Shown here: one piece after another, positions 56,282 to 64,000 of the stretch
Numbering within the stretch: the first letter of the stretch is position 1
Layout: every line of letters starts with the position of its first letter
Source of the DNA: Candidatus Spongiisociaceae bacterium
GTDB lineage: Bacteria > Actinomycetota > Acidimicrobiia > Spongiisociales > Spongiisociaceae
Reading direction: 5' to 3'
Assembly: GCA_965219685.1 (NCBI GenBank)
Contig: CBDCOH010000002.1
Coordinates: 2,880,001 to 2,944,000, forward strand
DNA length: 64,000 nucleotides
The notes under the pieces: model-generated
What the model was told of the DNA's origin: nothing
Databases searched by the model: none
What the model saw: the letters and a program-made list of their open reading frames with translations, nothing else
Translations under genes and position numbers: made by a program

Positions 56282-57727
56282 TCAGAGGAGTGGTTCGGGC
56301 CGGTACGCGGCTGCGTCCGGATGCTGCCCGACCACCTGCGCGATCTCCTCGGCGACAGCATCCACCTGGGCACCCGCCCGGCCGCCCAGCCCACCGGAGC
56401 GAGCGGCCGACCGGACTTCCGCGCTGCTGAGCGGAAGCTCCGGATCACCGCCCAGAGCGTTCCAGAGATCGTGGCTTCGACCTGAACGGCGAGCCTCGGC
56501 TGCCCGGAGGGCATGGGCGCGGATCAGCCGGTGAGCCCGCTCACGTCCCATACCGGCCTTGACCGCGGCCGTGAGGACCCTCGTGGTGGTGAGAAAGGGA
56601 AGTTCGGCCTGCAGTTCGGCCTCGATCCTGCCGGGAAAGGCACCGAAATCGCCTAGGACATGCAAGGTGGACTCGATCAGACCGTCGCAGGCGAAGAACG
56701 AGTCCGGCATCATGACGCGCCTAACCACCGAGTCGCTCACATCCCCCTCGTTCCATTGGCGGCCGGCCAGACCTCCGGCCATGGTCAGGTACCCGCTCAG
56801 GATCACCGCCAGCCCGTTGATCCTCTCGCATGTGCGCATGTTCATCTTGTGGGGCATGGCCGAAGAACCAACCTGGCCGGACCTGAAGCCCTCGGTGACC
56901 AGGTCGTTTCCAGCCATGAGGCGCAGGGAGGTGGCCAGGTTCGACGGTCCGGCTGCCAACTGCGTCATGGTGCTCACCACTTCGAGGTCGAGGGACCGGG
57001 GGTAGATCTGGCCGACGGAAGTCATCACGTCGCGGAACCCGAGCGCCTTCGAGACGATGGACTCGAGCCGCTCCACCTTCGTCCCATCCCCGCCGAAGAG
57101 GTCAGCCAGATCCTGCTGGGTTCCGACTGCGCCCTTGACCCCTCTGAGGGGATAGTCGGACAGGAGGCGGTCCAAGCGCCGGTAGGCCACCAGGATCTCC
57201 CCGGCCGCGGTGGCGAGTCGCTTGCCCAGAGTGGTGGGCTGGGCGGCGACGTTGTGGGTGCGCCCCACCACCAGGGTGTCACGATGGCCCACCGCCAGGT
57301 CGGCCAGCCGGGCGAGCACCGCCGCGGTCTTGTCGCGGAGGATCCGCAAGGATCGGCGGATGATCATTTGCTCGACGTTCTCGGTCACGTCGCGGGAGGT
57401 GAGCCCCTTGTGGATGTGCTCGTGGCCGGCCAGCGTGCAGAACTCGTCGATCCGTGCCTTGAGATCGTGGCGGGTCTCCTGCTCCCGGGTCCGGATCGAC
57501 TCAAGGTCGACACTGTGCACGACGGCCCGGTAAGCCTCCACGACCCCGTCAGGGACCGCAATCCCGAGTTCGATCTGCGCCTCGAGGACCACCAGCCACA
57601 GTTCCCGCTCCATGACCACCCTCCCCTCCGGGGACCACAGGGAACGCATCGGCTTGCCGGCGTAGCGAGAGGCCAGAACGTTGGGAACGCTAGGTTGCCC
57701 TTGGGCCTCCGTCGGGATGCTCGACAT
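56282..57727 (-). CDS. purB: adenylosuccinate lyase
   Basis: NVLASRYA, TSRD.TENVEQ, GRTHNV.AQ, GSSAMPHKMN. Confidence 0.95.
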   Translation of the reverse strand: MSSIPTEAQGQPSVPNVLASRYAGKPMRSLWSPEGRVVMERELWLVVLEAQIELGIAVPDGVVEAYRAVVHSVDLESIRTREQETRHDLKARIDEFCTLAGHEHIHKGLTSRDVTENVEQMIIRRSLRILRDKTAAVLARLADLAVGHRDTLVVGRTHNVAAQPTTLGKRLATAAGEILVAYRRLDRLLSDYPLRGVKGAVGTQQDLADLFGGDGTKVERLESIVSKALGFRDVMTSVGQIYPRSLDLEVVSTMTQLAAGPSNLATSLRLMAGNDLVTEGFRSGQVGSSAMPHKMNMRTCERINGLAVILSGYLTMAGGLAGRQWNEGDVSDSVVRRVMMPDSFFACDGLIESTLHVLGDFGAFPGRIEAELQAELPFLTTTRVLTAAVKAGMGRERAHRLIRAHALRAAEARRSGRSHDLWNALGGDPELPLSSAEVRSAARSGGLGGRAGAQVDAVAEEIAQVVGQHPDAAAYRPEPLL

Positions 57728-57749
57728 GCTGGACGGATGCTACCGGTTG

Positions 57750-57777
57750 TCCCGTCGTCCGTTGCCCGTCGTCGGTT
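57750..57777. repeat. short degenerate heptamer array (TCCCGTC GTCCGTT GCCCGTC GTCGGTT)
   Basis: same unit family as 25655-25703. Confidence 0.55.
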
Positions 57778-57836
57778 GTCCCTGAAGTCAAAGCCGGACA
57801 ACTGACCGCCATCCCCGGCAGCCTGCTCTGTGGTGC

Positions 57837-58754
57837 TTAGACGGAGCCGCCGGGCGTAGCGGCGTCCCACTCCAGGCCGGCCATGCGGGCCAAAGCCAGG
57901 ATCAACGACTGCGTACCCTTCCTTCCCAGGCCCTGGGCCTGGAGCGATACGTACAGCTCGTGGGCCAGGGCGAGACCCGGGGCGGGCAGCTTCATCGATG
58001 CGGCCTCGCTCAGGGCGATCCCCATGTCCTTCACGAAGTGGTCGACGAAGAACCCGGGCTCGAAGTCACCCCTGAGGATCCGGGGACCGTAGTTGGTCAG
58101 GGACCAGGATCCGGCTGCACCTCCGCTCACCGACTCCATCACCGTGTCCAGGTCGAGACCGGCTTGCCGACCGTAAAGAAGGGCCTCGGACAGTCCGATC
58201 ATCAGGGTGGCAATCAGGATCTGGTTGATCGCTTTGGTGTGCTGACCGGCCCCGGGCCCGCCCTGGCGCACAATGGTCTTGCCCATCGTCTCGAAGATAG
58301 GGCGAGCACGCTCCACCGCTTCCTCGGAGCCCCCGATCATGATCGACAGGGTCCCGTTCCGGGCGCCTATGTCTCCGCCGCTGACCGGCGCATCGATGGC
58401 CGCGACGCCGGCGGCTGCGGCCCGCTCGGCGATCTCGGTAGCCAGAGCAGGCTCGGACGTGGTCATATCCACGAGGATGTCCCCCGCCGAGGCGCCGGCC
58501 AGAAGTCCGGAGGATCCCAGGAAAACCTCCCGGACGTCATCGGGAAAACCGACGATCGCGCACGATATATCGGATGCAGCGGCCACCTCGGCCGGGCTGT
58601 CCACCCACGAAGCGCCCCTGTCTATGAGTTCCATGGCCTTGGTCTTGGTGCGGGTTGTGATGGTGACCCGGTACCCGGCGTCGAGGATGTGGCCGCACAT
58701 GGACGCGCCCATCACGCCGGTGCCGACCCATCCGATTGCGGGCTTCGCCGTCAT
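57837..58754 (-). CDS. NAD(P)-dependent beta-hydroxyacid dehydrogenase (3-hydroxyisobutyrate dehydrogenase family)
   Basis: [34 protein letters not shown]. Confidence 0.9.
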   Translation of the reverse strand: MTAKPAIGWVGTGVMGASMCGHILDAGYRVTITTRTKTKAMELIDRGASWVDSPAEVAAASDISCAIVGFPDDVREVFLGSSGLLAGASAGDILVDMTTSEPALATEIAERAAAAGVAAIDAPVSGGDIGARNGTLSIMIGGSEEAVERARPIFETMGKTIVRQGGPGAGQHTKAINQILIATLMIGLSEALLYGRQAGLDLDTVMESVSGGAAGSWSLTNYGPRILRGDFEPGFFVDHFVKDMGIALSEAASMKLPAPGLALAHELYVSLQAQGLGRKGTQSLILALARMAGLEWDAATPGGSV

Positions 58755-59764
58755 GAGTCTCTCCCTCTTATGACCAGCTTCCCGTGCTGATCGCATGCCT
58801 TCATCCGCGCCAGGGCGCCGGGAAGATCCTCGAACTCGTGAACACCGTCAACCAGCACGGCGAGATCCCCGTTCGCCACCCAGGCGCTCACCTGAGCGAA
58901 GTCGTCGTAGTCGAACATGGTCGAGCCGATGATCTCCTGGTGGCGGAAGAAGAGAGGCGGCATGCTGATCTCCACCTTGGTACCGCTCGTGGACCCGCAG
59001 GTCACCACGCGCCCGCCCGGCCGGATGGAGCGCATCGACTGGTTCCACGTCGCGGGGCCCACGTTCTCGAAGACCACATCCGCCTGGCGCCGGGCGACCG
59101 CCTTGAGTTCCTTGGAGAACTCGGCGGTCGAGCGGAAGCCGGCTACGGCGCCCAACTCGATGGCGCGGGCGATCTTCGCAGGGCTGCGCGAGGTCACGTA
59201 GACCTCGGCGCCCATCTGCCGCCCGATCAGGAGACCCGCAGAACTGACTCCACCGCCCACTCCTACCACCAGCAGGACGTTTCCGGGCGAGAGGCGAGCC
59301 CGCTTGAGCATGCGATAGGCGGTCCCGTATGCCAGCCCGTAGGCTGCCGCCCGTTCCCAGTCCAGATGTGGCGCCTTGGGAATGACATTGGAAGCCGGGA
59401 CCACCACGTACTCGGCCAGCGTGCCCCATGCGTGCTCACCCAGGACTCCGACCTTCCCGCCGAACGGTATGTGGTCGGTGGTGGGGGCAAAACCGAGGCC
59501 CGGGTTGACTATGACCTCGTCACCCTCCGCCAGACCCTCCACGTCGGCGCCCAACGCGTCGATGACGCCCGCCCCGTCGCCCCCGGCGACGTGAGGAAAG
59601 CTCTTTGGCGCCGGAAGCCCCATGGACATCCAAAGGTCGAGGCGGTTGAGAGCCGACATGACCAGTTTCACTCTCACCTGGCCCGGGCCCGGCTCCGGCG
59701 TTCCGACTTCCGCCAGGGTGTAGGAGGACGGCCCGTTCGTGTCGTTGAGAATCCATGCGTGCAT
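58751..59764 (-). CDS. MDR-family (quinone oxidoreductase-like) dehydrogenase
   Basis: LNRLDLW, G.DGAG, GTLAEY, G.GGGVS, CGSTSG, GKLVI. Confidence 0.88.
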   Translation of the reverse strand: MHAWILNDTNGPSSYTLAEVGTPEPGPGQVRVKLVMSALNRLDLWMSMGLPAPKSFPHVAGGDGAGVIDALGADVEGLAEGDEVIVNPGLGFAPTTDHIPFGGKVGVLGEHAWGTLAEYVVVPASNVIPKAPHLDWERAAAYGLAYGTAYRMLKRARLSPGNVLLVVGVGGGVSSAGLLIGRQMGAEVYVTSRSPAKIARAIELGAVAGFRSTAEFSKELKAVARRQADVVFENVGPATWNQSMRSIRPGGRVVTCGSTSGTKVEISMPPLFFRHQEIIGSTMFDYDDFAQVSAWVANGDLAVLVDGVHEFEDLPGALARMKACDQHGKLVIRGRDS

Positions 59765-59822
59765 GGGTTGCAGAGTAACCCACTCGAGAGGACCCGAATC
59801 CGCGTGAATGGTGAATGGTGAA

Positions 59823-59886
59823 TGAACCGCCCCGGGTTTGCCTGAGTCTCCGGGGAACTCGGGGCGGTTCATTTCGGGGCGGTTCA
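59823..59886. mobile_element. IS3-family (IS51/IS6110-like) terminal inverted repeat footprint with no internal sequence
   Basis: TGAACCGCCCCGGGTTTGCC joined to GAGTCTCCGGGGAACTCGGGGCGGTTCA (59823-59871), then a 15-nt duplication of the right tip. Confidence 0.72.
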
Positions 59887-59890
59887 TTTG

Positions 59891-59945
59891 TTGGTAGTTG
59901 CTAGTTGGTAGTTGGTAGTTGGTAGCAACTACCAACAAGTAACTA
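59891..59945. repeat. heptamer array (TTGGTAG)-type x5 followed by inverted CAACTAC-type units
   Basis: read directly; a short TGGTGAA array at 59804-59822 lies on the other side of the IS footprint. Confidence 0.9.
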
Positions 59946-60308
59946 TTCCGCCGGGGGCATCTCGCTGTCCACGATGCCTACCACCGCGCCGGCCGGGTCC
60001 GAGAACACCGCAAAGGTCACCGCACCGGGAACGCTCGTGACCGGCATGACGACGCCGGCACCGGCGGCCACGGCCCGGTCCAGATAGCCCTGGATGCCCT
60101 CGACCTCGATGTAGATCATCACCTGAGGCTCCCCGGTAGGCGAGGCTTCGATACCGCCGTTGATCCCCGCCTCGGTACCGGTGTTCACGAGCCCGTAACC
60201 CATCTCTGGTACCACATCGACCTGCCATCCGAACACTTCCCTAAAGAAGTCCCGGCTCTTCTCCGGCTCCGCGGTTTGGATCTCGAAATGAACTACGGGA
60301 TTGGGCAT
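59943..60308 (-). CDS. VOC family (glyoxalase/bleomycin resistance) protein
   Basis: PVVHFEI, F...FGW, GINGG, FAVF.DP.G. Confidence 0.9.
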   Translation of the reverse strand: MPNPVVHFEIQTAEPEKSRDFFREVFGWQVDVVPEMGYGLVNTGTEAGINGGIEASPTGEPQVMIYIEVEGIQGYLDRAVAAGAGVVMPVTSVPGAVTFAVFSDPAGAVVGIVDSEMPPAE

Positions 60309-60435
60309 GGCATCCTCCTGCGATCGCTGCGACCGGCCGCTCGTCCTGACCACGAGGCTTCACCGCCGTATCCCGCGGGAACGTGGCCTGAAATCCACGG
60401 TAGCGCAGCGAGCGACCTACCGATCGCAGACGGAG

Positions 60436-60561
60436 AGGCACCTGGAGCCTCACCACCGCAACCTGGTGAGCCATTCCATGTCACTACCGGCCTGGCTACA
60501 GGAAGCAGCCGTCGAGTCTGTGATTCAAAGATTCGAGATGTGTTACGACGACCTCTGGAAG
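60436..60561 (+). pseudogene. fragment of an HI0074-like nucleotidyltransferase substrate-binding (HEPN-fold) gene
   Basis: QEAAVESVIQRFEMCYDDLWK resembles the IQRFE..Y...WK family motif; truncated at both ends. Confidence 0.6.
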
Positions 60562-60880
60562 GGTCCTCAGGCGGCATTTGATCTACGTACTTGCTCGTCC
60601 TCGTAAGCGATGTCCAACATGGCGCAGACTGCTAGGTGAAGGCCGATCGGTTCGGACTTGAGGTCGTTTACTCGATCCAGCGGCCCTCCTCGCCGCGCCC
60701 GAACTCCCCCCCCCCCGGACCTCCGGGCTGAACCGGTAGAGGAGGTGAAAGACGCGTGGCGAATCTTCCGAGTGGTTCCACAAGGTCACGGTAAATCCTC
60801 GATTGTCATGCCTTTAATTACATACTGCCTGGTAGCATCTCCACCGAATTTACACGTTATCCCGAAAGGGGACGGATCCC

Positions 60881-61009
60881 ATGGTGCTCGTACGGCAAAC
60901 AACAGCTTTGACGCGACCGACGGCATCCGTCACCGCGATCGCCCGTCTCCGTCGCGCCACACTGGTGCACTTAGTCCCCCCCCCCCCCCCCCGACTCTCC
61001 CTGCCGTAA
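60881..61009 (+). CDS. candidate 42-aa leader ORF containing the C17 tract
   Basis: AAAGGGGA SD-like sequence 8 nt before the ATG; MVLVRQ...HLVPPPPPRLSLP*. Confidence 0.4.
   Translation: MVLVRQTTALTRPTASVTAIARLRRATLVHLVPPPPPRLSLP
60976..60992. repeat. poly-C tract (C17); a second tract (C11) lies at 60706-60716
   Basis: read directly. Confidence 0.9.
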
Positions 61010-61034
61010 ACCCAACTCAGCGGAGCCTTGCGCC

Positions 61035-61052
61035 CACCTCCTGCGGGAGGTG
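61035..61052 (+). promoter_or_regulatory. hairpin sequestering the Shine-Dalgarno of the surface-protein gene
   Basis: CACCTCC-TGCG-GGAGGTG: 7-bp perfect stem, C(UNCG)G loop, 3' arm is the SD 5 nt before ATG 61058. Confidence 0.7.
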
Positions 61053-61057
61053 ACGGC

Positions 61058-64000
61058 ATGAGGCTCCCCGCTTTCAACCCGCTTCCCTCGCGCCCGTGGT
61101 TCCCGTCTGGCCCGACCTCACGCCGGGGGCGCCGGTCCACCATTCCGGCGCTGTTGCTCATCCTTGCCGCCGTTTCCGTGCTGGTTCTCACCGATACCGG
61201 CCGGGCGGGCGCCCAGAGCGGCGAATTGGGCGTGTCCATCTCCGCCGATGCGGCATCCCTCGAGGCGGGCGACACCGTCACGCTGACGGCGGACATCTCC
61301 AACGCTCCGCAGAACGAAGACCCGGCATACGCCTGGGACATCTGCACGGATGCGGGGACCTGCATCTCCAATGGCCAGCACCCCCTAAAGTTCAACTGGA
61401 ACAAGGCTGGGATATGGACGTTCCAACTCACGGTCTCCTACGATTCCGGGGCATCGGCCAGGTCCAACCAGGTCAGCGTTGCGTGGAGCGATGCGGGCGA
61501 CGGAGCGGAACTCCCACCCGAACCGGACGCCGCCGGCGGCGCCAGCGGGGACGAGGGAGCCACCGGGGATCAGGCCGCCGACACGGCCGACGCGAACAGC
61601 CCGGGCAACGTCCGTCTCTATGCCCACAACAACAACGACGTCTGGGTGACATGGGACGCGCCCACCGTGGCCAGCGGCCGCACGCTCAGCGCCTACCGCG
61701 TCGAGTTGAGGGTCGAGGGAGCCACCCCGAGGACGCTCACCCCGAGGAACGTCAGCAGTGGCGCCAGCGAGTTCACTTCGCGCCGCTATCGCTTCAGCAG
61801 CTTGACCAACGGCACGAGCTACACCGTCCGGGTCGCCGCACGCACGCACCCGGACGACGATTCAACGATGACCGCCGACGCCTGGTCCGCTCGGACCGCG
61901 AGCGTCGCGGCCTGGTCCGAGCCGACCCAGCTCTGGTTTGTGAGCGACAGACCCAGTATCACGGCATTGGGCCGCGTTCACATGGAGGTCCTCTCCAACA
62001 AGGGGAAAGACTCAGTTGTCTGCCAGGCCGACGGACCCGACATGACGGCAGCTCAGCTCAATTGCCCGCCGGGAGTCCTTATCTCTATGGATACAACCGG
62101 AGCGGTGACGGCCAGCGCCACATCCCTCCACGGGGGAAGCACGTCACCATCGGAGGGCGCCAGGGGTGGCCCGCGCGGTTTCCTGACCTATGCGTCCGGC
62201 GGCGCAGGACGGATCGTCATTGCCTGGGTGAGCACGGCCAGCTCGACCACCGACTACATCGTGCAGTACCGCTCGGGCACGAGCGGGGCCTGGACCGACG
62301 TCGTCAAAGCCGCCACCGCCCGCTCCCACACCGTCACCGGACTAGCCGACGGGACGTACCAGATCCGCGCCCGCGGCCGCATAACCAGGCTCGAGGACGT
62401 GGACCACGACGATGACCCGGCTACGCCTAAAGTAGAAATGACGGTTCACTACCTGGGCTTCACCTCCGAGATCCACACCCTCACCGTGGCCGCGAGCAAC
62501 ACCGGCACGGTGAGGCCACGGGATGTCCAGCAGGCGCGGTCCGCGGACGGCCAGTCGCTGATCGTCCAGTGGGAGTTGCCCACCGCCACCGGCGGTTCGA
62601 AGCCGTATGCCTGGCAGGTGCGCCACCGGGCCCAGGGTACGAGCGCCTGGACGAGCAGCGCGGAACTCCATTACCGCCCCACCCAGCGCCTCTGCCACGA
62701 CCGCGACGGCACCGAGTGCCAGAACCCCAGGAGCTACACCATCAGCGGTCTCACCGCGGGCACGGATTACCAGGTGGATGTCCGCGCCCGCAACGCCAAC
62801 GGCTGGGGAGCCTACGCCATCAACGATGCGCCGACGGTGGCCAACATGATCCCGGACCGGACGGCGGAGGCGAGGACGGCGTTCAGCTTCCAGTTCGCGG
62901 CCAACACCTTCAGCGACGCCGACGGCGACACGCTGACCTACACGGCGACCCAGGACGACGGCTCCGCGCTGCCCTCGTGGCTGTCCTTTGACGCCTCCAC
63001 CCGAACCTTCTCCGGCACGCCGGGGGATCTGGACGCGGGCACGCTGTCGGTCAAGGTGACGGCCAGCGACGGCATCAACAGCGTGAGCGACACCTTCGAC
63101 ATCGTGGTCAGCACCGACCGATCCCCGCCGACGGTGGCCAACATGATCCCGGACCGGACGGCGGAGGCGAGGACGGCGTTCAGCTTCCAGTTCGCGGCCA
63201 ACACCTTCAGCGACGCCGACGGCGACACGCTGACCTACACGGCGACCCAGGACGACGGCTCCGCGCTGCCCTCGTGGCTGTCCTTCACGGCAGCCACGCG
63301 CACCTTCGCCGGCACCCCGGCGCGCTCGGACGTGGGCACGCTGTCGGTCAAGGTCACGGCCGGCGACGGCACCTGGACGGTGAGCGACACCTTCGACATC
63401 GTGGTCAGCCTGGATCCGCCGGCCTTCTGGCGGAGCATGGCGCGGGGCACGACGCTGTATGTCGACTTCGACCAGTCCCTGGACACGGCCTCGCGGCCGC
63501 CGTCCAGCGCCTTCCGGGTGACGGCGGGGCCGAAGGGCGGCGCGGCCCGCACCATCGCGGGCACGGCCACCGTGGTGAACATCAGCAACTTCAGCGGCGG
63601 CAGCCGCGTGGAGATCGAGCTCGCCCGGGCGGTGGCCGAGGGCGAGGTGGTGAGGGTGCGCTACGTCAGGCCCTCCGCCAACCCGCTGCAGAACAGCGCG
63701 GGCAAACAGGCGGCGAGCTTCTCCGGCCAGCCGGTCCTGAACGGGCCGCCCCGCATCCTTACGCAGGCCATTTCCTCGGACCCGGGCCCGGACAGGCTCT
63801 ACACCCTGGGCGACCAGGTGCAGGTGCAGGTGACCTTCGACGTCCCCGTGGTCGTGGACACCACCGGCGGCCGGCCCCGGCTGAGAATCAGCCTGGGCCT
63901 GTGGGACGGCGGATCGCAGGCCCCCGGCGAGGCCCGCGGCAACCGGTGGTCCCACTACCTGGAGGGCAGCGGGACGACGACCCTCACCTTCCAGTACACC
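61058..64000 (+). CDS. large secreted/surface protein with Fn3, two putative-Ig (cadherin-like) and SwmB-like domains; runs off the window, so absent from the ORF track
   Basis: signal peptide (IPALLLILAAVSVLVL..AGA-Q); Fn3 motifs (LTNGTSYTVRVAA, GLTAGTDYQVDVRARNANGWG); APTVAN.IPD..FSDADGDTLTY..LPSWLSF..FSGTP twice; segments translated by hand stay in one frame. Confidence 0.88.
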   Translation, partial: MRLPAFNPLPSRPWFPSGPTSRRGRRSTIPALLLILAAVSVLVLTDTGRAGAQSGELGVSISADAASLEAGDTVTLTADISNAPQNEDPAYAWDICTDAGTCISNGQHPLKFNWNKAGIWTFQLTVSYDSGASARSNQVSVAWSDAGDGAELPPEPDAAGGASGDEGATGDQAADTADANSPGNVRLYAHNNNDVWVTWDAPTVASGRTLSAYRVELRVEGATPRTLTPRNVSSGASEFTSRRYRFSSLTNGTSYTVRVAARTHPDDDSTMTADAWSARTASVAAWSEPTQLWFVSDRPSITALGRVHMEVLSNKGKDSVVCQADGPDMTAAQLNCPPGVLISMDTTGAVTASATSLHGGSTSPSEGARGGPRGFLTYASGGAGRIVIAWVSTASSTTDYIVQYRSGTSGAWTDVVKAATARSHTVTGLADGTYQIRARGRITRLEDVDHDDDPATPKVEMTVHYLGFTSEIHTLTVAASNTGTVRPRDVQQARSADGQSLIVQWELPTATGGSKPYAWQVRHRAQGTSAWTSSAELHYRPTQRLCHDRDGTECQNPRSYTISGLTAGTDYQVDVRARNANGWGAYAINDAPTVANMIPDRTAEARTAFSFQFAANTFSDADGDTLTYTATQDDGSALPSWLSFDASTRTFSGTPGDLDAGTLSVKVTASDGINSVSDTFDIVVSTDRSPPTVANMIPDRTAEARTAFSFQFAANTFSDADGDTLTYTATQDDGSALPSWLSFTAATRTFAGTPARSDVGTLSVKVTAGDGTWTVSDTFDIVVSLDPPAFWRSMARGTTLYVDFDQSLDTASRPPSSAFRVTAGPKGGAARTIAGTATVVNISNFSGGSRVEIELARAVAEGEVVRVRYVRPSANPLQNSAGKQAASFSGQPVLNGPPRILTQAISSDPGPDRLYTLGDQVQVQVTFDVPVVVDTTGGRPRLRISLGLWDGGSQAPGEARGNRWSHYLEGSGTTTLTFQYT
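62830..63410 (+). repeat. 297-nt tandem domain duplication (putative Ig domain)
   Basis: copies start at 62830 and 63127; the first ~160 nt are identical. Confidence 0.92.

Noticed and set aside
60861-60930. c-di-GMP-I riboswitch suggested by GGCAAAC and CCCGAAAGGG
   Set aside because: Elements are in the wrong order and the GACGCAAAG and second stem are missing
60658-61053. 131-aa ORF spanning both poly-C tracts as a real gene
   Set aside because: TTG start without RBS and low-complexity product; only its 3' frame matters as an alternative phase of the leader ORF

Overview
High-GC actinobacterial chromosome segment. The WhiB, bS22, PAC2, Lnt and LCP genes, the F420-type LLM enzyme and a Fn3/putative-Ig surface protein suggest an Acidimicrobiia-like, possibly sponge-associated organism; that assignment is inference. 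The backbone is housekeeping and metabolic: betC, proA, alaX, rpsF-ssb-rpsR-rplI, dnaB, dcd, tRNA-Gly(CCC), thrB, copA, lnt and purB. It is interrupted by small accessory cassettes and their debris: an MNT-HEPN pair, a lower-GC DUF5131+TcmP pair, a DUF2335 pair, frameshifted Abi and Fic genes, an HI0074-like fragment and an IS3-family end footprint. About a dozen intergenic heptamer tandem arrays also occur. Best candidates for new biology: (1) a C17 tract inside a leader ORF whose reading frame decides whether ribosomes run through a hairpin that hides the Shine-Dalgarno of a large surface protein, a putative phase-variable translational-coupling switch; (2) a 76-nt structured element present twice, each time upstream of a gamma-glutamyl-related enzyme; (3) an operon with divergent GcvPA/GcvPB, an enolase-superfamily enzyme and a NAD-kinase-like protein; (4) an Abi-like HEPN gene with a divergently promoted UUCG hairpin RNA; (5) a shared TGTCAC-N10-(C/T)ANNNT DNA-damage-type promoter linking DUF5131/TcmP to ssb and dnaB. 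No CRISPR array, integrase or intact transposase is present. Family assignments come from motif recognition by eye, not database searches.
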